Origin: Octopus sinensis
Lineage: Eukaryota
Assembly: GCF_006345805.1 (NCBI RefSeq)
Contig: NC_043012.1
Coordinates: forward strand, 52,142,001 to 52,206,000
DNA length: 64,000 nucleotides
Direction: 5' to 3'
Shown: one piece after another, positions 1 through 14,080 of the stretch
Layout of the letters: every line of letters begins with the position of its first letter
Position numbering within the stretch: position 1 is the stretch's first letter
Position numbers and translations under genes: made by a program
Notes under the pieces: model-generated
Seen by the model: the letters and a program-made list of their open reading frames with translations, nothing else
Told to the model about the DNA's origin: nothing
Database searches by the model: none

Positions 1-394
1 ATTTAATATGTATTGATATGTAAGGTTATACAGTAATTATATATTAGTAGTAATAAAAAATTATGAGATAAGAAACAAGCTTGACATAATGTGAGAGGGA
101 TATTTAATGGTATTAAAGTAGTATTAATATTAAAGTAATATGAAGAGAAATCACCCAGAAACCATTGGTCAGCTGTTACCGGTTATGGCTCAGTGTGGAC
201 ATTAGCACCCTTCTTCGAGGTAAAAGGATGCGACTGTGCGTCGATAGCCAGCTACAAAAGATGTTTTCCTGGGGTTAAAAAAGAAAGTAACACTGTCCTA
301 ATCAGGACTGTCCGTTTACGTTGGCAAATAGACTTTACTCTGTAGTACAGTTACTACATATTTACGCTCATAGATTTAAAACTAATTGATTTTC

Positions 395-622
395 TCCGTG
401 TATATATATATATATATGTATATGCGTGTGTGTATGTGTGTGTATATTTGTGTGTGTCTGCGCGCGCGTGTGTGTGTGTGGATATATATAAAGAGAGAGA
501 AAGCGAATGAGAGAATATACTCCTCCTTATAGCAGCAATCATATAAATACACATACATGAATAAGTTGATAGTGGTATTAATATACACGAATGTGCTTAT
601 ACGTATGCATGTACATATATGT

Positions 623-681
<59 letters not shown>

Positions 682-880
682 TACACACCTATTAATATTT
701 GTATATGCGAGCGGGTGTATATCCATATATATATATATGTATATATATGCATACATATACATATGGATGTATATATGTATGTGTGGGTGTGTGCATGTGT
801 ATGTGTGTGCATGTGTATGTGTGTGCATATGAATGCGTGTGCATGTGCATATGTGTGCATGTGCGTGCGCGTGTGTGTGT
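395..880. repeat. Compound microsatellite block (TA)n/(CA)n/(TG)n
   Basis: Dinucleotide arrays visible directly; they explain the overlapping YIYI/HTHT ORFs. Confidence 0.95.
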
Positions 881-1321
881 AACCCATTATATCGATGTTC
901 ACATACTCAGGATAAATCAAGGCGATGCATACATTAATTCCATACTCAAATCTATTGCTACACAGGATTCTGCACTGGTCTACATCATTAAAATGGTCAC
1001 TATGCTATTTTTCTTCCCACAAAAAGTTAGAGTGAATTTCCGAGGCATAAATATCACGCGTAGAGATTCCGAATAGTTGTTGCTTAATATGTACCAGCTT
1101 TTGTCTTATTAGCGTTTTGCAACTCAGTACATGGGTATGTTAGGTTGTCTACATGAGTGTGCCTACATATACACCTGTTTGTACGCATGTATGATCATTA
1201 TTGTAAGTACCTGTGTAACAATCTATATGAATAAGCTTCAACATATTTATATATTATATATATATATATATGCATATACATATATGCATGTGTGTATGTG
1301 CATATATGTCTTTATTTATGC

Positions 1322-1373
<52 letters not shown>

Positions 1374-1375
1374 GA

Positions 1376-1399
<24 letters not shown>

Positions 1400-1406
<7 letters not shown>

Positions 1407-1636
1407 GCATACATATATACATCTATACATTCATTTATACACAAATGTTTACATATGTATAAATGCCAGTGCAAATGTGCTTGTAAGAATATTCAAGAAA
1501 ATCCGCATTTAATAGTTATCAATGCGCATGTGTGAAAATATTTTGTACGTATTTCATATGGGCATATATGTATGTGTATATATATATACATATATATATA
1601 TATATTATATATATATATTATATATATGTATATGTG

Positions 1637-1667
<31 letters not shown>

Positions 1668-1916
1668 CTGTATATGTATATATATATATATATGCATATA
1701 TATATGCATACATATATACATCTATACATTCATTTATACACAAATGTTTACATATGTATAAATGCCAGTGCAATGTGCTTGTAAGAATATTCAAGAAAAT
1801 CCGCATTTAATAGTTATCAATGCGCATGTGTGAAAATATTTTGTACGTATTTCATATGGGCATATATGTATGTGTATATATATATATACATATATATATA
1901 TTATATATATATATAT

Positions 1917-1972
<56 letters not shown>

Positions 1973-2020
1973 TCTGTATATGTATATATATATATATATG
2001 CATATATATATATATGCATA
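1400..2020. repeat. ~299-bp tandem duplication (unique ~185-bp core plus TA microsatellite)
   Basis: The block 'gcatacatatatacatctatacattc...tttcatatgggcatatatg' starts at 1407 and again at 1706. The cores are nearly identical (1-nt indel: gcaaatgtgc vs gcaatgtgc). Confidence 0.92.
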
Positions 2021-2689
2021 TATATGTATATAGATATATATATATATATACATATATATATACATATATATATATGTATATATACTCATATATCCCTATG
2101 TATATACATATATACATATATACATATATATATGTGTGTGTGTGTGCGTGTGTGTGCGTGCGTGAGTGTGTGTTTATACCTGTGTGTGTCTTTGTGTGCC
2201 TGCACACATCTGCATTCATATGCACGTATACCTATCATGGTTATGCACTATTCACACACTTCTATATGTATATTAGGTGGTCAACTGAGTTTTTATGTTG
2301 GAAATAGCAAACTGCTTGAAGCTAAGTCTCATCTAGAATCTGAAAAATTTAGTTGTTTTTCCTTTGCCAAGATTGAGCTTAGCCTTTAAATCAGAAGAAA
2401 AATATTTCATTCATAACATCCGTTTAGCGTTTTTCTTTTACATCTCTCGGTTTTCTTTCTTCACTTTCGGTTTTATATTTAATCTTTTATTATTCGTTTT
2501 TATCTTGACTGTTTTTTTTCTATGAAATCTTCATGCGTTTCCTCATTAGTACATCGTCTGATGGATTGAAATGTTCTCAGATCTGAAATTAAAAGAGCAA
2601 AGTTTCAGAGAATAATTGAAACTATCATGTGTAGAGACAGTGTTTGTTTTGAGTGGAAAATGTAAAATAATAATAAAAAGTAATACGAT

Positions 2690-2749
2690 AATAATAATAA
2701 TGGTAATAATAATGAAAATCATAATAATAACCGTATTAGCAATAGTCCA

Positions 2750-2806
<57 letters not shown>
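2690..2806. repeat. (AAT)n trinucleotide microsatellite
   Basis: Degenerate then pure aataataat array; source of the poly-I ORF 2616-2825. Confidence 0.95.
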
Positions 2807-3514
2807 TAGTGAAAATCTAACCTGATAGTATGTGAGGCACAGAGAAAAAATAGAAGGTGATAGAGAAAATTATGAGCTAGAGCATTTAAGCGCTAAAGAA
2901 GAAAATTACTAAACAATGTACACAAGATTTGTGGCAAAAAAACATTAAAAAGATTTGAAAGAATTTTAGAGGAAGAGCCGAATGGAAATGTGTGAGAGAG
3001 TTATTGATTGTACTTAAGCACCTTTCATTTTCTTTCGTCTGCAATGCCTCGCTACAAGTCGATTCCTGACGTCACATAATGCCTGTCATCTAATCAACGC
3101 TAATGCATATGTATGAGCGTAACATACACTGACAACACTGGAATGAAATGGACGCAAGGTGAATGCTCGTTGTGAGTCATTATCAGGAGAAATAATGAGA
3201 AAGGGATGGTAGGCAACGTAGGAGGCGAGAATAACAAAATAAAGAAAAACAAAATGGATCGGCAAAAAATTTCAAAGTTGAGCTATTTCCGTGAAAGTAT
3301 GAAGCAAAAATGCAAGCAATGGAAGAAAGAGAATCTTGCGAAATTCTAAACGACAAATAAGAAGAGAGAGAATGGGAGAGAGTGGATTTAGAGATAATGA
3401 ATGCAATTAAAGTTTGCTTTAAGTACTCATTTGTTATAAGCTTTAATATTGGTTTCAAATTTTGGCGCAAGGCCGCCAATTTTACGGATGGGTTAAGTTA
3501 CATGGACACCTGCG

Positions 3515-3628
3515 TTCAACTGGTACATCCGAAAGAATGAAAAGCAAAGTAGACCTCGGTGGAATTTTAACTCAGAACGCAAAGGCAAAGGAAATGCCGC
3601 CGGAGTGCCAACGATTCTGCCAGCTCAC
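3515..3628 (-). mobile_element. tRNA-derived SINE fragment
   Basis: 'gacctcggtggaattttaactcagaac...ccaacgattctgccagctcac'. The reverse complement carries a B-box-like gagttaaaattcc. A second diverged copy lies ~200 bp downstream. Confidence 0.7.
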
Positions 3629-3692
3629 TAACACATATATAACTCTAATGATGATTCCAAATTTTGGCGCAAGACAGTCAAGTTTAGCGGAG

Positions 3693-3862
3693 GCTTAAGT
3701 CGATTACATCGCTCCAATGTTTATTTGGTAATTATGTTATGACCTAGAAAAGACAAGAAGCAAAGTCAACCTCGGTGGAATTTGAACTCAGGACATAACG
3801 AAGACAATATGTCTCTAAGTATTTTGCCCGGCATGCTAACGATTTTACCAGCTCACCGCTTT
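3693..3862 (-). mobile_element. tRNA-derived SINE fragment (same family as 3515-3628)
   Basis: 'aaagtcaacctcggtggaatttgaactcagg...gctaacgattttaccagctcaccgc'. The minus strand has a B box (gagttcaaattcc). Confidence 0.72.
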
Positions 3863-4149
3863 AATATTGATTAATCAGTGGGTTGTACGATAAGTTTTAA
3901 TTTTACTTCTTACGTAATTATTATGTTTTCAAAATAAATTTATATATAAGTGTGTGCGTCTAAGTATATATGTAGAGAGAGAAATAGAAATGAAAACTCA
4001 TTTGTACAGTTGTGAATATTTGATAAAGTGAATATGAATGATATTTCTGATAATTATTTTCCACTACGTAGAGAAGAGGAAAATAATAATCGCAAATGTC
4101 ATTCTGATTCATTTTTCAAATGTTGTCAAATGAGCGAAATAGTATGACT

Positions 4150-6135
4150 GCGGCGAATAGAAACAGCTAAAATAGGTTTCCCTCGAAGGATTTCTGTGGT
4201 AATATTATTGGAAAAGTTGTACATCTCGTATATAAAGGTGTCTCACGAAGTCGGATCACCTATTCTCCGCACTGAAAGGTCACCGATTCTGCTCGTATAG
4301 GCATATGATGAGACTGACGCGGGAAATAAATCACAACAGATTTTTCGAAACGAGTTAATCAGAAAATTATGTAACCCAGTGTTAGACCAAGAACGAGATG
4401 GCCGAATAATATCCAGTCTCAATCAAGTCATGCTTGAATGGGTAACCCTTGCTTCTGATAGGACCCTATAGCAGAGGTATCTGGAGTATCTGCTACGTCA
4501 AACTCCGTGGAGAAGTGGGAAAAAAGGGGGATTCGTGGATGGATGGACGTATGAGCATATGCCTGCAACAATTGAGGACAGATACGACAGTAGCCACTAT
4601 GAGGACAATAGCCAAATTTTGACATTGCGTACATCGAATACTGTCTACTATTCCAAATTGGTTTGGTGCCCTTCTTTTAATGATGTATCGCGTGATGTGG
4701 AGATAGTCGTAGTTAGGTCTCTTAGCATGTCTGTCGCTCGCCAATTAGTCTAGAAACAATACAATGACCAAAATTCCCTTTTCCGGCACCAGCAGACTAC
4801 AATTCTCAGGAGACAAAATTCTCTACTCTCTTGCCAGTTGCAATACATGTCTAGTAAAAGATAAAAATCTGTTGAATGAAAATAAATCTGAGAACAGACC
4901 GTAACAGACCCTAGGATCTCCGTGCATCACGCATTCGCTCCCCATGTTCATCTGCTGTCATAGACCTAACGAAGAACCCCTAGCCGAGAGCTATCATCAG
5001 GTCGACGAGACAGGTGATAAACTACATGCTCCTTCGTCCTGCCGCTGCCCCGAACTGTCGAAGAAATAGCTACCAAAATCCCACTCACCTCTTGGATTCA
5101 AGACGCATACGTCCCTTCGATGTATCAATGACTGAATTGTAAGGATGTTGCCATGTTGCTTCTCTACCGCCCATCGTCATTGAAAGGATTCCGTTCACTC
5201 ATACCTTCGAGCATGCGCAATATCTCTGACAACGTAAACTACCTTTCTCGCGTTGAAAAATTTGCCAAGGGATGATCTCGGCACCACTACGTCAGTCGCA
5301 ATGCCGTTTCTAAGCATCTGCGAAAGATTCCTTAAAAGCTCACCCTTTCTTCTAGAGATCTCCATTACTATTTTTTTATTACCACCTATCAACTCTAATA
5401 TAATAGCTCTTCTTAGGATAATATGATGGTGATTAACCCCGGCAAAACCCTTCTCTACTCTGGTTCCGAAAACCTGACGCTCCAGGTAGGACGCGTTGAT
5501 TGTGATATAACCGGGTTCTTGTTAATGCAATATATTTAAGTCTACGTTACAAATCACAAATTTGTATTATGTGTAGCCGCCTAATTTTAGATTATGCGCA
5601 CTCTATGCTACCCCTATATGCGGTGACCTACAGAATAATATGTCTAGATATAACCTGGATGACCCTATGTGGTTTCTTTATGTCTACTTTGTGCACTTGT
5701 TAAATCCACTCGTTAAATATCAGAGTGCAGAAAATGTTTGAGTAGTTTTGCGAATGTTTTGTATCCCTTCTTCTCCTTTCACTTTGTTCCCATTCAATCC
5801 AAGCGTAATTCCAGGTGCGTTCCAATCGCCCACAAACATTCACAGGACGCGACGCTCCGAGATAAACTTCCAGAAACCTGAACAAATCATGTTGTCTCAC
5901 TTGGTAAAAGCCTAGATAGTTACTGATCTAGATAAACACTTCTTCCACTATTCTTCTCCTCTAGAGTCACCAACATATCAACTGAGTTCAGGAAGGTCGA
6001 GCGTATTTCACGAGGCCAGTATTTTTTGAAACAATAATGCTTCTCAACTTCACATTCCAGGTCAGCTCAGACATGTATAGATCTCAAAAAAGCAAGATGA
6101 TTCCACAGCACATGTACAGGGAATTATAATTTAGC
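4150..6135 (+). mobile_element. Highly decayed L1/Tx1-clade non-LTR retrotransposon, ORF2 3' part
   Basis: Long reading frames broken by isolated stops and frameshifts. My translation gives AYI..VYYSKLVWCP (4627-4670) and, at 5461-5610, WFRKPDAPGRTR*L*YNRVLVNAIYLSLRYKSQICIMCSRLILDYAHSML, which fits the L1 C-terminal W...C-x2-C-x8-H zinc-knuckle region. Ends at a short (TA)n run. Confidence 0.55.
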
Positions 6136-6150
6136 TGTCATATATATATG

Positions 6151-6720
6151 TAGAGACCCGGAGTTATTGAGTAGGCGCTCCTGCTTCTGCGGTGACCCCA
6201 GATCACGTGCATTTATGGAAGTCATTTTTAAGCCGCTATATTCATTGTAAAGAAGGAAAGAGGAACAGAGAGTCACATGTCTTGAACGCCTTTTTATAGG
6301 AAATGGTATCTTTCAAAAGCTTTCTCTGAGTGGAGTTTCGCAAGAGAAGTTGACTGTTCGAGGCCGGGATGCATGCTGAGGTCCCTAACATCGTGAGTGA
6401 AACCTTCTTTTATTTCTCTTTATCTATTTTTCGTCAGCTTCATTAATTACAGGTCCTCTATTACTTTCAGTGTATTTATATTGGAATCCTGTTTCTGCCG
6501 CTGACCCCGTTTCGGAACCAGGGACAATGTGTTACTGCCTTCGATGGAGTTACGTAATTAGTTCATGGCTTTCTTTTCTTGTTTGCTCAGATTGTATGGT
6601 TCCTGATTTTTTTTTCTTGCGTTCATTATTTCTTTTCTTGTTGCTGGAGGAGTTGGTGGTAGATCTGGATTACTAATTGTCGGTATGGATTTCATGTTAT
6701 TTGGAATCGATATGGAGTTT
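6151..6720 (-). mobile_element. L1/Tx1-like fragment: end of ORF1 and start of ORF2 APE endonuclease
   Basis: Minus strand 6225-6151 reads MTSINARDLGSPQKQERLLNNSGSL, matching the APE N-terminal 'S/T-x-N-x-R-G-L...K...LL' motif. It is preceded by a K/R/P-rich ORF1-like frame. Confidence 0.65.
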
Positions 6721-6830
6721 ATATATATATATATATATATATATAGGGAGAGAGTAGGGAGAGAGAGAGAGAGAGAGAGAGAGAAACATATATATATATA
6801 TACACATACATACATACATACATACATACA

Positions 6831-6862
<32 letters not shown>

Positions 6863-6872
6863 GATATATATA
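6720..6872. repeat. Compound microsatellite (TA)n-(GA)n-(TACA)n
   Basis: Visible directly. Confidence 0.95.
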
Positions 6873-7575
6873 AACAGATAGTTATTATTTGTAGTTATAT
6901 ATTATTGCACATTCTCTAGTCATGCGTTGAAACTTTCTTACTATATGGTTGAATCTAAGCATATATTGCAGAATATAAAAAGAATGCTTATATGTTGCAT
7001 TATTTTTTTTAACCTTAGATATCCTTGTCTACATGCATGTCTAACATTTATAGCATTTCATGTTTATCGTGATTGCAGTGCCACAGAGAAGTACCTTATA
7101 TCTCCCCTGGAAATTTATTTCCTTACAAATATATCATACCCATTATCAATATATATCACGTTATGATTTTTACGAATTCTAGAGTAAGTGTGTCAGCTTT
7201 AATATTTCATTTCTGCACCACCATAGTCCTGACACGTAGTGAAAATGCAATCGCTTACAAACATTACTTAATGTATTATTTCGTTATTGCCAGAGTAAAG
7301 AATAGATGATGACAGCTTGACATAAAATGAGAGCAGGAAATGCAAAAGGTAAAGAAAAGAACAAAAAAAAACAAAGAGGAAGGAGTCATGTAAATATGGA
7401 ATTGAAAGAATATTATGCTATCAAAACATGGAAAATATTTTTTTTTAATAAAAATGAAAGAAGCTTTTTACGGTACGTGCTATAACTACATTTCAAAAAT
7501 TCATTCATATGTTCATAAATTTGTTCTGGCAGAATCAATAAATCGATATGAAAATAATGATTGAAGTTAGTTGAA

Positions 7576-7606
<31 letters not shown>

Positions 7607-9548
7607 TGTTTGCTTGTTTTGGAACATGCAAATATTTTGGAAAGTTTGAGAACTTCAACGAGTTTTGTTAAGTTCTTTTGAAAAGAAATTCATTAATTGT
7701 GCCTTAAAATAAGTAAAATTCCTAAGTTATTTTCATTCACATCATAAATTGGGAATTAGAAATAAGGAACTATTTTGAGAAATCACCCTTAAATTTGTTT
7801 TCCTCATTGATTTTCATACTCGGACGAGTACCAAAAGATCACAAGATGTTAATTTAAATATTTTGTAAACATCCGTGGTGTAAACTTAGTATAACTACGT
7901 TTAGGTATCCTTACTTATTACTGTTTCTGTTTGATATGTCCGTTTTCAATTATAAATTGAAGCTGTTTTTTTCTTTCGTATTTCATTGAAGATATAATCC
8001 CCATTTTAATACCTAAGACTAACTGACAATTATAAGTAGATAATCATTTCTATTACCCTAACAATAAGACTTTTGATTTTACATTTAACAGTATTCAGGT
8101 TAATCGAAATAAGGAGCTTCTATTAACCTCTTTTTCTTGAATGCGACCAGTATTTCCCTAAGATGAAGACGTGCAAATGAAGACTCGGGTTTCACACATG
8201 CTTACTGTCTTCCGACGTTATCCTCGATCTAACAGACGTTCAAGGCATTAACATATCCGCTATTTTCAGATAAAAGTTATGTAGTGCTCAAGAATGCGAC
8301 CATTACTGACAAAATGATCATCAATTATTCTACTCTCCTTTAAATGTATACATTTAAGTAAAACGGCTTCTCGGTGTTACTGAATAATAAACTTTACACA
8401 AAGAATACGTTGAAATCAACTGGATACTATTTTACAATTTTGCAATTCTGCTGCCTGTAGTAGTGTTCTTCAACTTCAAGTTACAAGATTATTCTAACTC
8501 GTAGGTTGTGAATTTTCTTCTTTCATAGTTAGTTTTTTCGACCACAGATACAACGCAATGCTACAACGATACGAATATTTGAAACTTTTGTCTCTATCTC
8601 TCTCTCTCTCTCTCTCATATACTATTTCACGTATTCAGTTGGGTTTTTAATTTTTTGATTTTTAATTTTTTAGTTTTTAAATCCAATAGTTTTGTAATCG
8701 AGAAAAATAGTGACTAATTTGTAAATATGTAGAGCTTTGGAAAATAAAAAAAAATTATATACATTCGTAGAGAAGATGGTAAGTGCAAACGACAAAGAAA
8801 AACAAAAGTATTTTCTTTCGTAAAAAATAAATACATTTTCTTTTATGGCCTATTTTACGTATGCTATTACGCTCAACATATCACGGTTAATGATAAGTGT
8901 TACAACAAATTTCTTTTTCTTTGCTTTTATACTTTTTGGAATTTAGGAGTGTGCATGGATGCTTAATATTTAGTTTTCTTTATTTAGTTATCAGAAAGAG
9001 ACAGAGTTAAATGCTAAATGTCTGTTTTCTTGGTCTAATAATTCCTAACCAGCAGTATGTGTTTATCCATTAAGAGGCCTTATTACACGGAAGTAAAGAT
9101 AGTAAATGTTTTGACGTAGACGTTTTATAAAGAAAGCTAAGATATATCAACAGGGGTTTATTATTGTCTCAAAATATAAATGCTTATAGCTCCTAGGTTT
9201 TCTCAAGCAATTAACTATCTGCGTATTTGCCAGTTATATGACTGCTCAAATTTGGCGCTATCAATGAGGTTTTACGTGTCAGACGGAATCCACTGTTGGT
9301 TCAGCAACATGCATTCTCTAAGGAAGTCAGAAATTACAAAAAAAAAAAAAAATTCTTTAATATGGAGAAATCTTTGAATATCCGTTTGTTAGATATTTTC
9401 TATTGTTTGAACAGAAGGTAATCACTCACTTTGAAGATCTGTTATGTCGGGGAATATGTATTGTTAGCAGTCTACAACACAAGACGAATCCATATATGTA
9501 TGTATGAATTTTCGTCCAATAATTTCACACAGACATACACGCACATGC

Positions 9549-9638
<90 letters not shown>

Positions 9639-9935
9639 TATAATATATATAGGTTGCATGCATAGGAGCGAGTTCATATGTGCATTTTATGTTTGTGTGC
9701 ATATGTTTGTGTGGCTATATATAGTCATATATAGTCATATACAAAGTCAGAAGCACACATACACCAGCATATACACATATGCAATATAGAATAATATAAT
9801 CTAATATATATAATATATATGTATATATATACATGTGAATACATACATATTTGTGTGTGAGTATATGTGTGTATATACATATATATATGTGTGCGTGTGT
9901 GTTTGTGTGTGTATGTGTTTGTCTGTGTGTGCGTA

Positions 9936-9969
<34 letters not shown>

Positions 9970-10563
9970 TATATATATATTTGTGAATCTGCGTCCTAGA
10001 AGTATGCGTGCCTCCAATTGTGTAGAGTGAAAGGTATCGTACTACAAAACGTATAATTGAATTTCGCGAGTAAATCTGTGAGATAAGACAGAATTCTTTG
10101 ATCGTGATAATGTTCCTTGGTTCGGCAGAGATCTCAACAATGGAACCTAAACAATAAAATTCGTTCAATATACAGTCGAGATTATTTCTTAGAATGGCGT
10201 TATATCAAAACTACAACATTAATTTCCATCAGACAAGAATTTGGTTTGTTGCCAAGCCATTGTTGTTAGAGCCACTGCAGTGTTACTTCCCTTGGCCATA
10301 ACACTGTACACCAATGCCGCATCATTAGATACAAAGTAGCAGACATTGGAAGGAGAAAGGTTATAAAGAAAGAGGTAGATTGAGAAAGAGGGGAAAAAAT
10401 ACTGGATTTATTGAAAATGGAAATAACGAAGAAGATTATAAATGGAAATGAAGAGATGAGATGCAGATTGATGCCAAATGGTGACTGTCAGATAACTTTT
10501 TTTTTACGAAATACTCTCCATGTGAACGCATGGCTTCAAAAGTTAATAAAACAAATTTGAGAC

Positions 10564-10596
<33 letters not shown>

Positions 10597-10713
10597 TTGT
10601 TGTTATTGCCGTTGTTGCTAATATTATTTTGTTACGTTATTGTTTGCATCTGTTTGTTTTCTGTAGCTGTTTTGTACACACTCGGACTGAACAAACCACT
10701 ATATCTCTAATTT

Positions 10714-10791
<78 letters not shown>

Positions 10792-11930
10792 AACAGACAC
10801 CACACACACATACACACATGAAAAAACAAAGAGACAAACAAATAAACAAACAAACAAACAAACAAAAACAGACACATATGCTCACAAATTGCTTCATCTG
10901 TACGTACTCTGAGTTACCAGTGTGTAATTTTACAGGCTAGATATAAAAAGCAAATACATGAGTCAAACTGCAACGACGAAGTGAAAACTCATCAAATAAT
11001 GAATGAATAAAGCCGAGTAACGAAAACATATAAACATATACACATATATTCACATGTGAGTTTTATGCTATGTGTAGTTTTATAAATAGTAATACAACGC
11101 CTAGCATTAAAAATATGTGCATATTTAACATGACTTTACATTTGAAATCTGTTAATGGAATAACAACCGGATATGGAACGCGAATTGTCGTCTGCAACGG
11201 CGTGGAATTTTGTAACACGGAAGCGTATGTTACCGATAGCATGTTTAGATATCTTTTAATTACACTACGCACGCAAAAGGATATCTAATTTATAATAATT
11301 GTATATTTTCCCCAAACATTCCTTTTTACTTTAAGTATATAAGAGTACTGTGTTGTGAGTACTCAGTGGAGTATTTACATAAGCGTTGTATAGTGATGAT
11401 GCTTATGTGCGTTCTGTCATGTATCACATGTGTATAAAAAAAAATCATATTTTAGCTGGTACGTGTCTTATCTCACTGACCTGAATTTTGATGTCTAGAT
11501 TTGGATGTTTACATTTAAATTTTCACGTTCAGGTGTTTCACTAAGAAATTTATAATCGTCTGATTTTGAATACTTAGATATAATTTTTTTGCAAATATCG
11601 GAATATGATTTGGCAAATAGAATTACTTTTGTTTACAGGAGTAGTAATATTATTGTTATGAGTCGTAAGAGCGACCATATAGAATACCTAAAGTACCGCA
11701 AAAAACTTGAATCATTTACTCAGGCGCTTTACATTCTGTGTTGATTTTCAGGTCGACCAAAATGAGTGCCATTTAAGAACCGGAATCAATTTCATTGACT
11801 GACATACTCCTAGGAACTTTCTGGATTTACTCTTTTATGATAACTATTACTCTTATGAACACAAACCATGTTATTTCATACTTACAAATTCATTCTTCAA
11901 TATATTTCTGCTACTTTATTGATTCTGGTC

Positions 11931-12290
11931 GTGGAGGCCCAATGGCCTAGTGGTTAGGACAGCAAACTCGTGGTCGTAGGATCGCGGTTTCGATTCCCAG
12001 ACCGGTCGTTGTGAGTGTTTATTGAGCAAAAATACTTAACGCCTCACGAGGCTCCGGTAGGGGTGGCGAACCCTACTGTACACATTCACTACAACTTACT
12101 CTCACTCTTTCTTCCTGTTTCTGTTGTACATGTATTTCAAAGGGCCAGCCTTGTCACACTCTGTTCTGTGTCACGCTGAATAGCCACGAGAACTACATTA
12201 AGGGTACCCGTGTATGTGGAGTTTTAGCCACTTGCACGTTAATTTCACGAGCAGTCTGTTTCCGATCAACTGGAACCAACAGAGTGCCAA
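11931..12290 (+). mobile_element. tRNA-derived SINE, near full length
   Basis: Head 'gtggaggcccaatggcctagtggttaggacagc...ggtttcgattcccagacc' has A and B boxes. The head is shared with copies at 43431-43736 and 46340-46635; the 3' body differs. Confidence 0.88.
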
Positions 12291-12842
12291 GTTATTGATG
12301 CTGTTTATATGGTTGCATAGTCAGTTATTTTCAGCGTTCGTTCATAAAATATATCCGGTATGTGAACGTCTACATTCCTCTTTGGATGAAATTTTTCTTG
12401 TTTCCATGCAGAAAAATAAAATATTAGCAGAAATCATTCGACGATAACAACTTCAACAATTTTCTCAAATCATCGCTTATTATAAACTCTTTATTCAATT
12501 AGGGAGTTAATGTGTCACAGATGCCTTGATATTTCAGGCGCTTAAATATATACTGCCTGCAATATTTAGGGAATTAAGGCTATTATTTATTGATTTCTTT
12601 AAGCTCCAACAGAACAGAAACTCCAGGAATTTAATAGTGTTATTTATCCTTAAACTGTTACTGTATTTAACTATTTTTAACCCTGTTATACCTCTTTATT
12701 AAAAGATTTTACTGTATTTTACAATGATTTAATACACACATACGCATATATATATATTATTATATTATATTATATATATATATATTATATATATATATAT
12801 ATACATTTACACACACACATATATATGTATATATATATATAG

Positions 12843-12923
<81 letters not shown>

Positions 12924-13471
12924 TGTATATATATATATATATATATAATTAAGGTATGGATGACTTAAGATTACTTGTAACCTGCCCATTCTTATAGACA
13001 CCAAGTAAATAACTAACTCGCTTTGTGATCATGAGTGCGCCAAACCTCACGTGTGCGTCTGCTCACATTTTTGCGGATGCTTGTATGAGCGAGTGTACTC
13101 TCGCGCCATGCAGCTTGTCCGAGGGCGTTTGTACATCCATATCTGTTAACGTTTATTTTTGATACTCTTCTCGCTGGATTGTGTGTTAGTTTCTCCTTTT
13201 GTCATCTGTGATTTTATTTTTGATCTTCTATATGAATGAAGTTTTTCCTCCGTCTAGCTTTTTTTTCTCTCTACAAAACGGGAAGTTACATTGCGGAACA
13301 ATCATTTTAACGAGTTACATCTGCACCACCGGATGTTCCTGAACCAATTGTTGAGTGTCCCACCCAAGAGCAATCGATGCTATACGTGTGGAAACAATTG
13401 TCGTGATTAATAATAAATTCTCGAATATTCCATCTTCTGTCTTTCCTTTGTTATATATCTTTACATATGTA

Positions 13472-13690
13472 TACTCTTTTACTCTTTTACTTGTTTCTGT
13501 CATTTGATTGCGGCCATGATGGAGCATGTCGACCCCAAGACTTATTTTTTGTAAGCTTAGTACTTATTCTATCGAATTATTTTTCCGAACCGCTAAGTTA
13601 CAGGGATGTAAACACACGATCATCGGATGTCAAGCGATGCTGGGGTGACACACGTAGACAAACAAACACACCCACCCACAAACATATATA

Positions 13691-13743
<53 letters not shown>

Positions 13744-13745
13744 AT

Positions 13746-13776
<31 letters not shown>

Positions 13777-13948
13777 CATATATACAACAGGATTCTTTCA
13801 GTTTCCGTCTACCAAATCCACGCAAAAGGCTTTGGTCGGCCCGAGGCTATAGTAGAAGACACTTGCCCACGGTGCCACGCAGTGTGACTGAACCGGAACC
13901 ATGTGGGTGGGAAGCAAAGTACTTACCACATATCTACTCCTGTGCCTA
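13472..13948 (-). mobile_element. tRNA-derived SINE with internal (CA)/(TA) microsatellite, full length
   Basis: Reverse complement of the 42128-42590 and 49425-49830 copies: (tactctt)n tail, 'tttcagtttccgtctaccaaatccac', 'actgaaccggaaccatgtgg' B-box region. Confidence 0.92.
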
Positions 13949-14002
13949 TATATATATATATATATAGATAGATAGATATATATGTATATACATATATATA
14001 TG

Positions 14003-14080
<78 letters not shown>

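Noticed and set aside
4150-6135. Endogenous RNA-virus element
   Set aside because: No viral polymerase or nucleoprotein motif was recognised. The W...CxxC-x8-H pattern fits L1/Tx1 ORF2 better, though a search is needed to exclude a virus fully.
9415-9417. 3-nt microexon (acAG|AAG|GTAAT)
   Set aside because: Weak pyrimidine tract, and the pattern is expected by chance.
10255-10320. miR-8/miR-200-like hairpin (TAACACTG seed)
   Set aside because: Only an 8-bp stem plus a second helix offset by a ~9-nt bulge, and the rest of the arm does not match the family.
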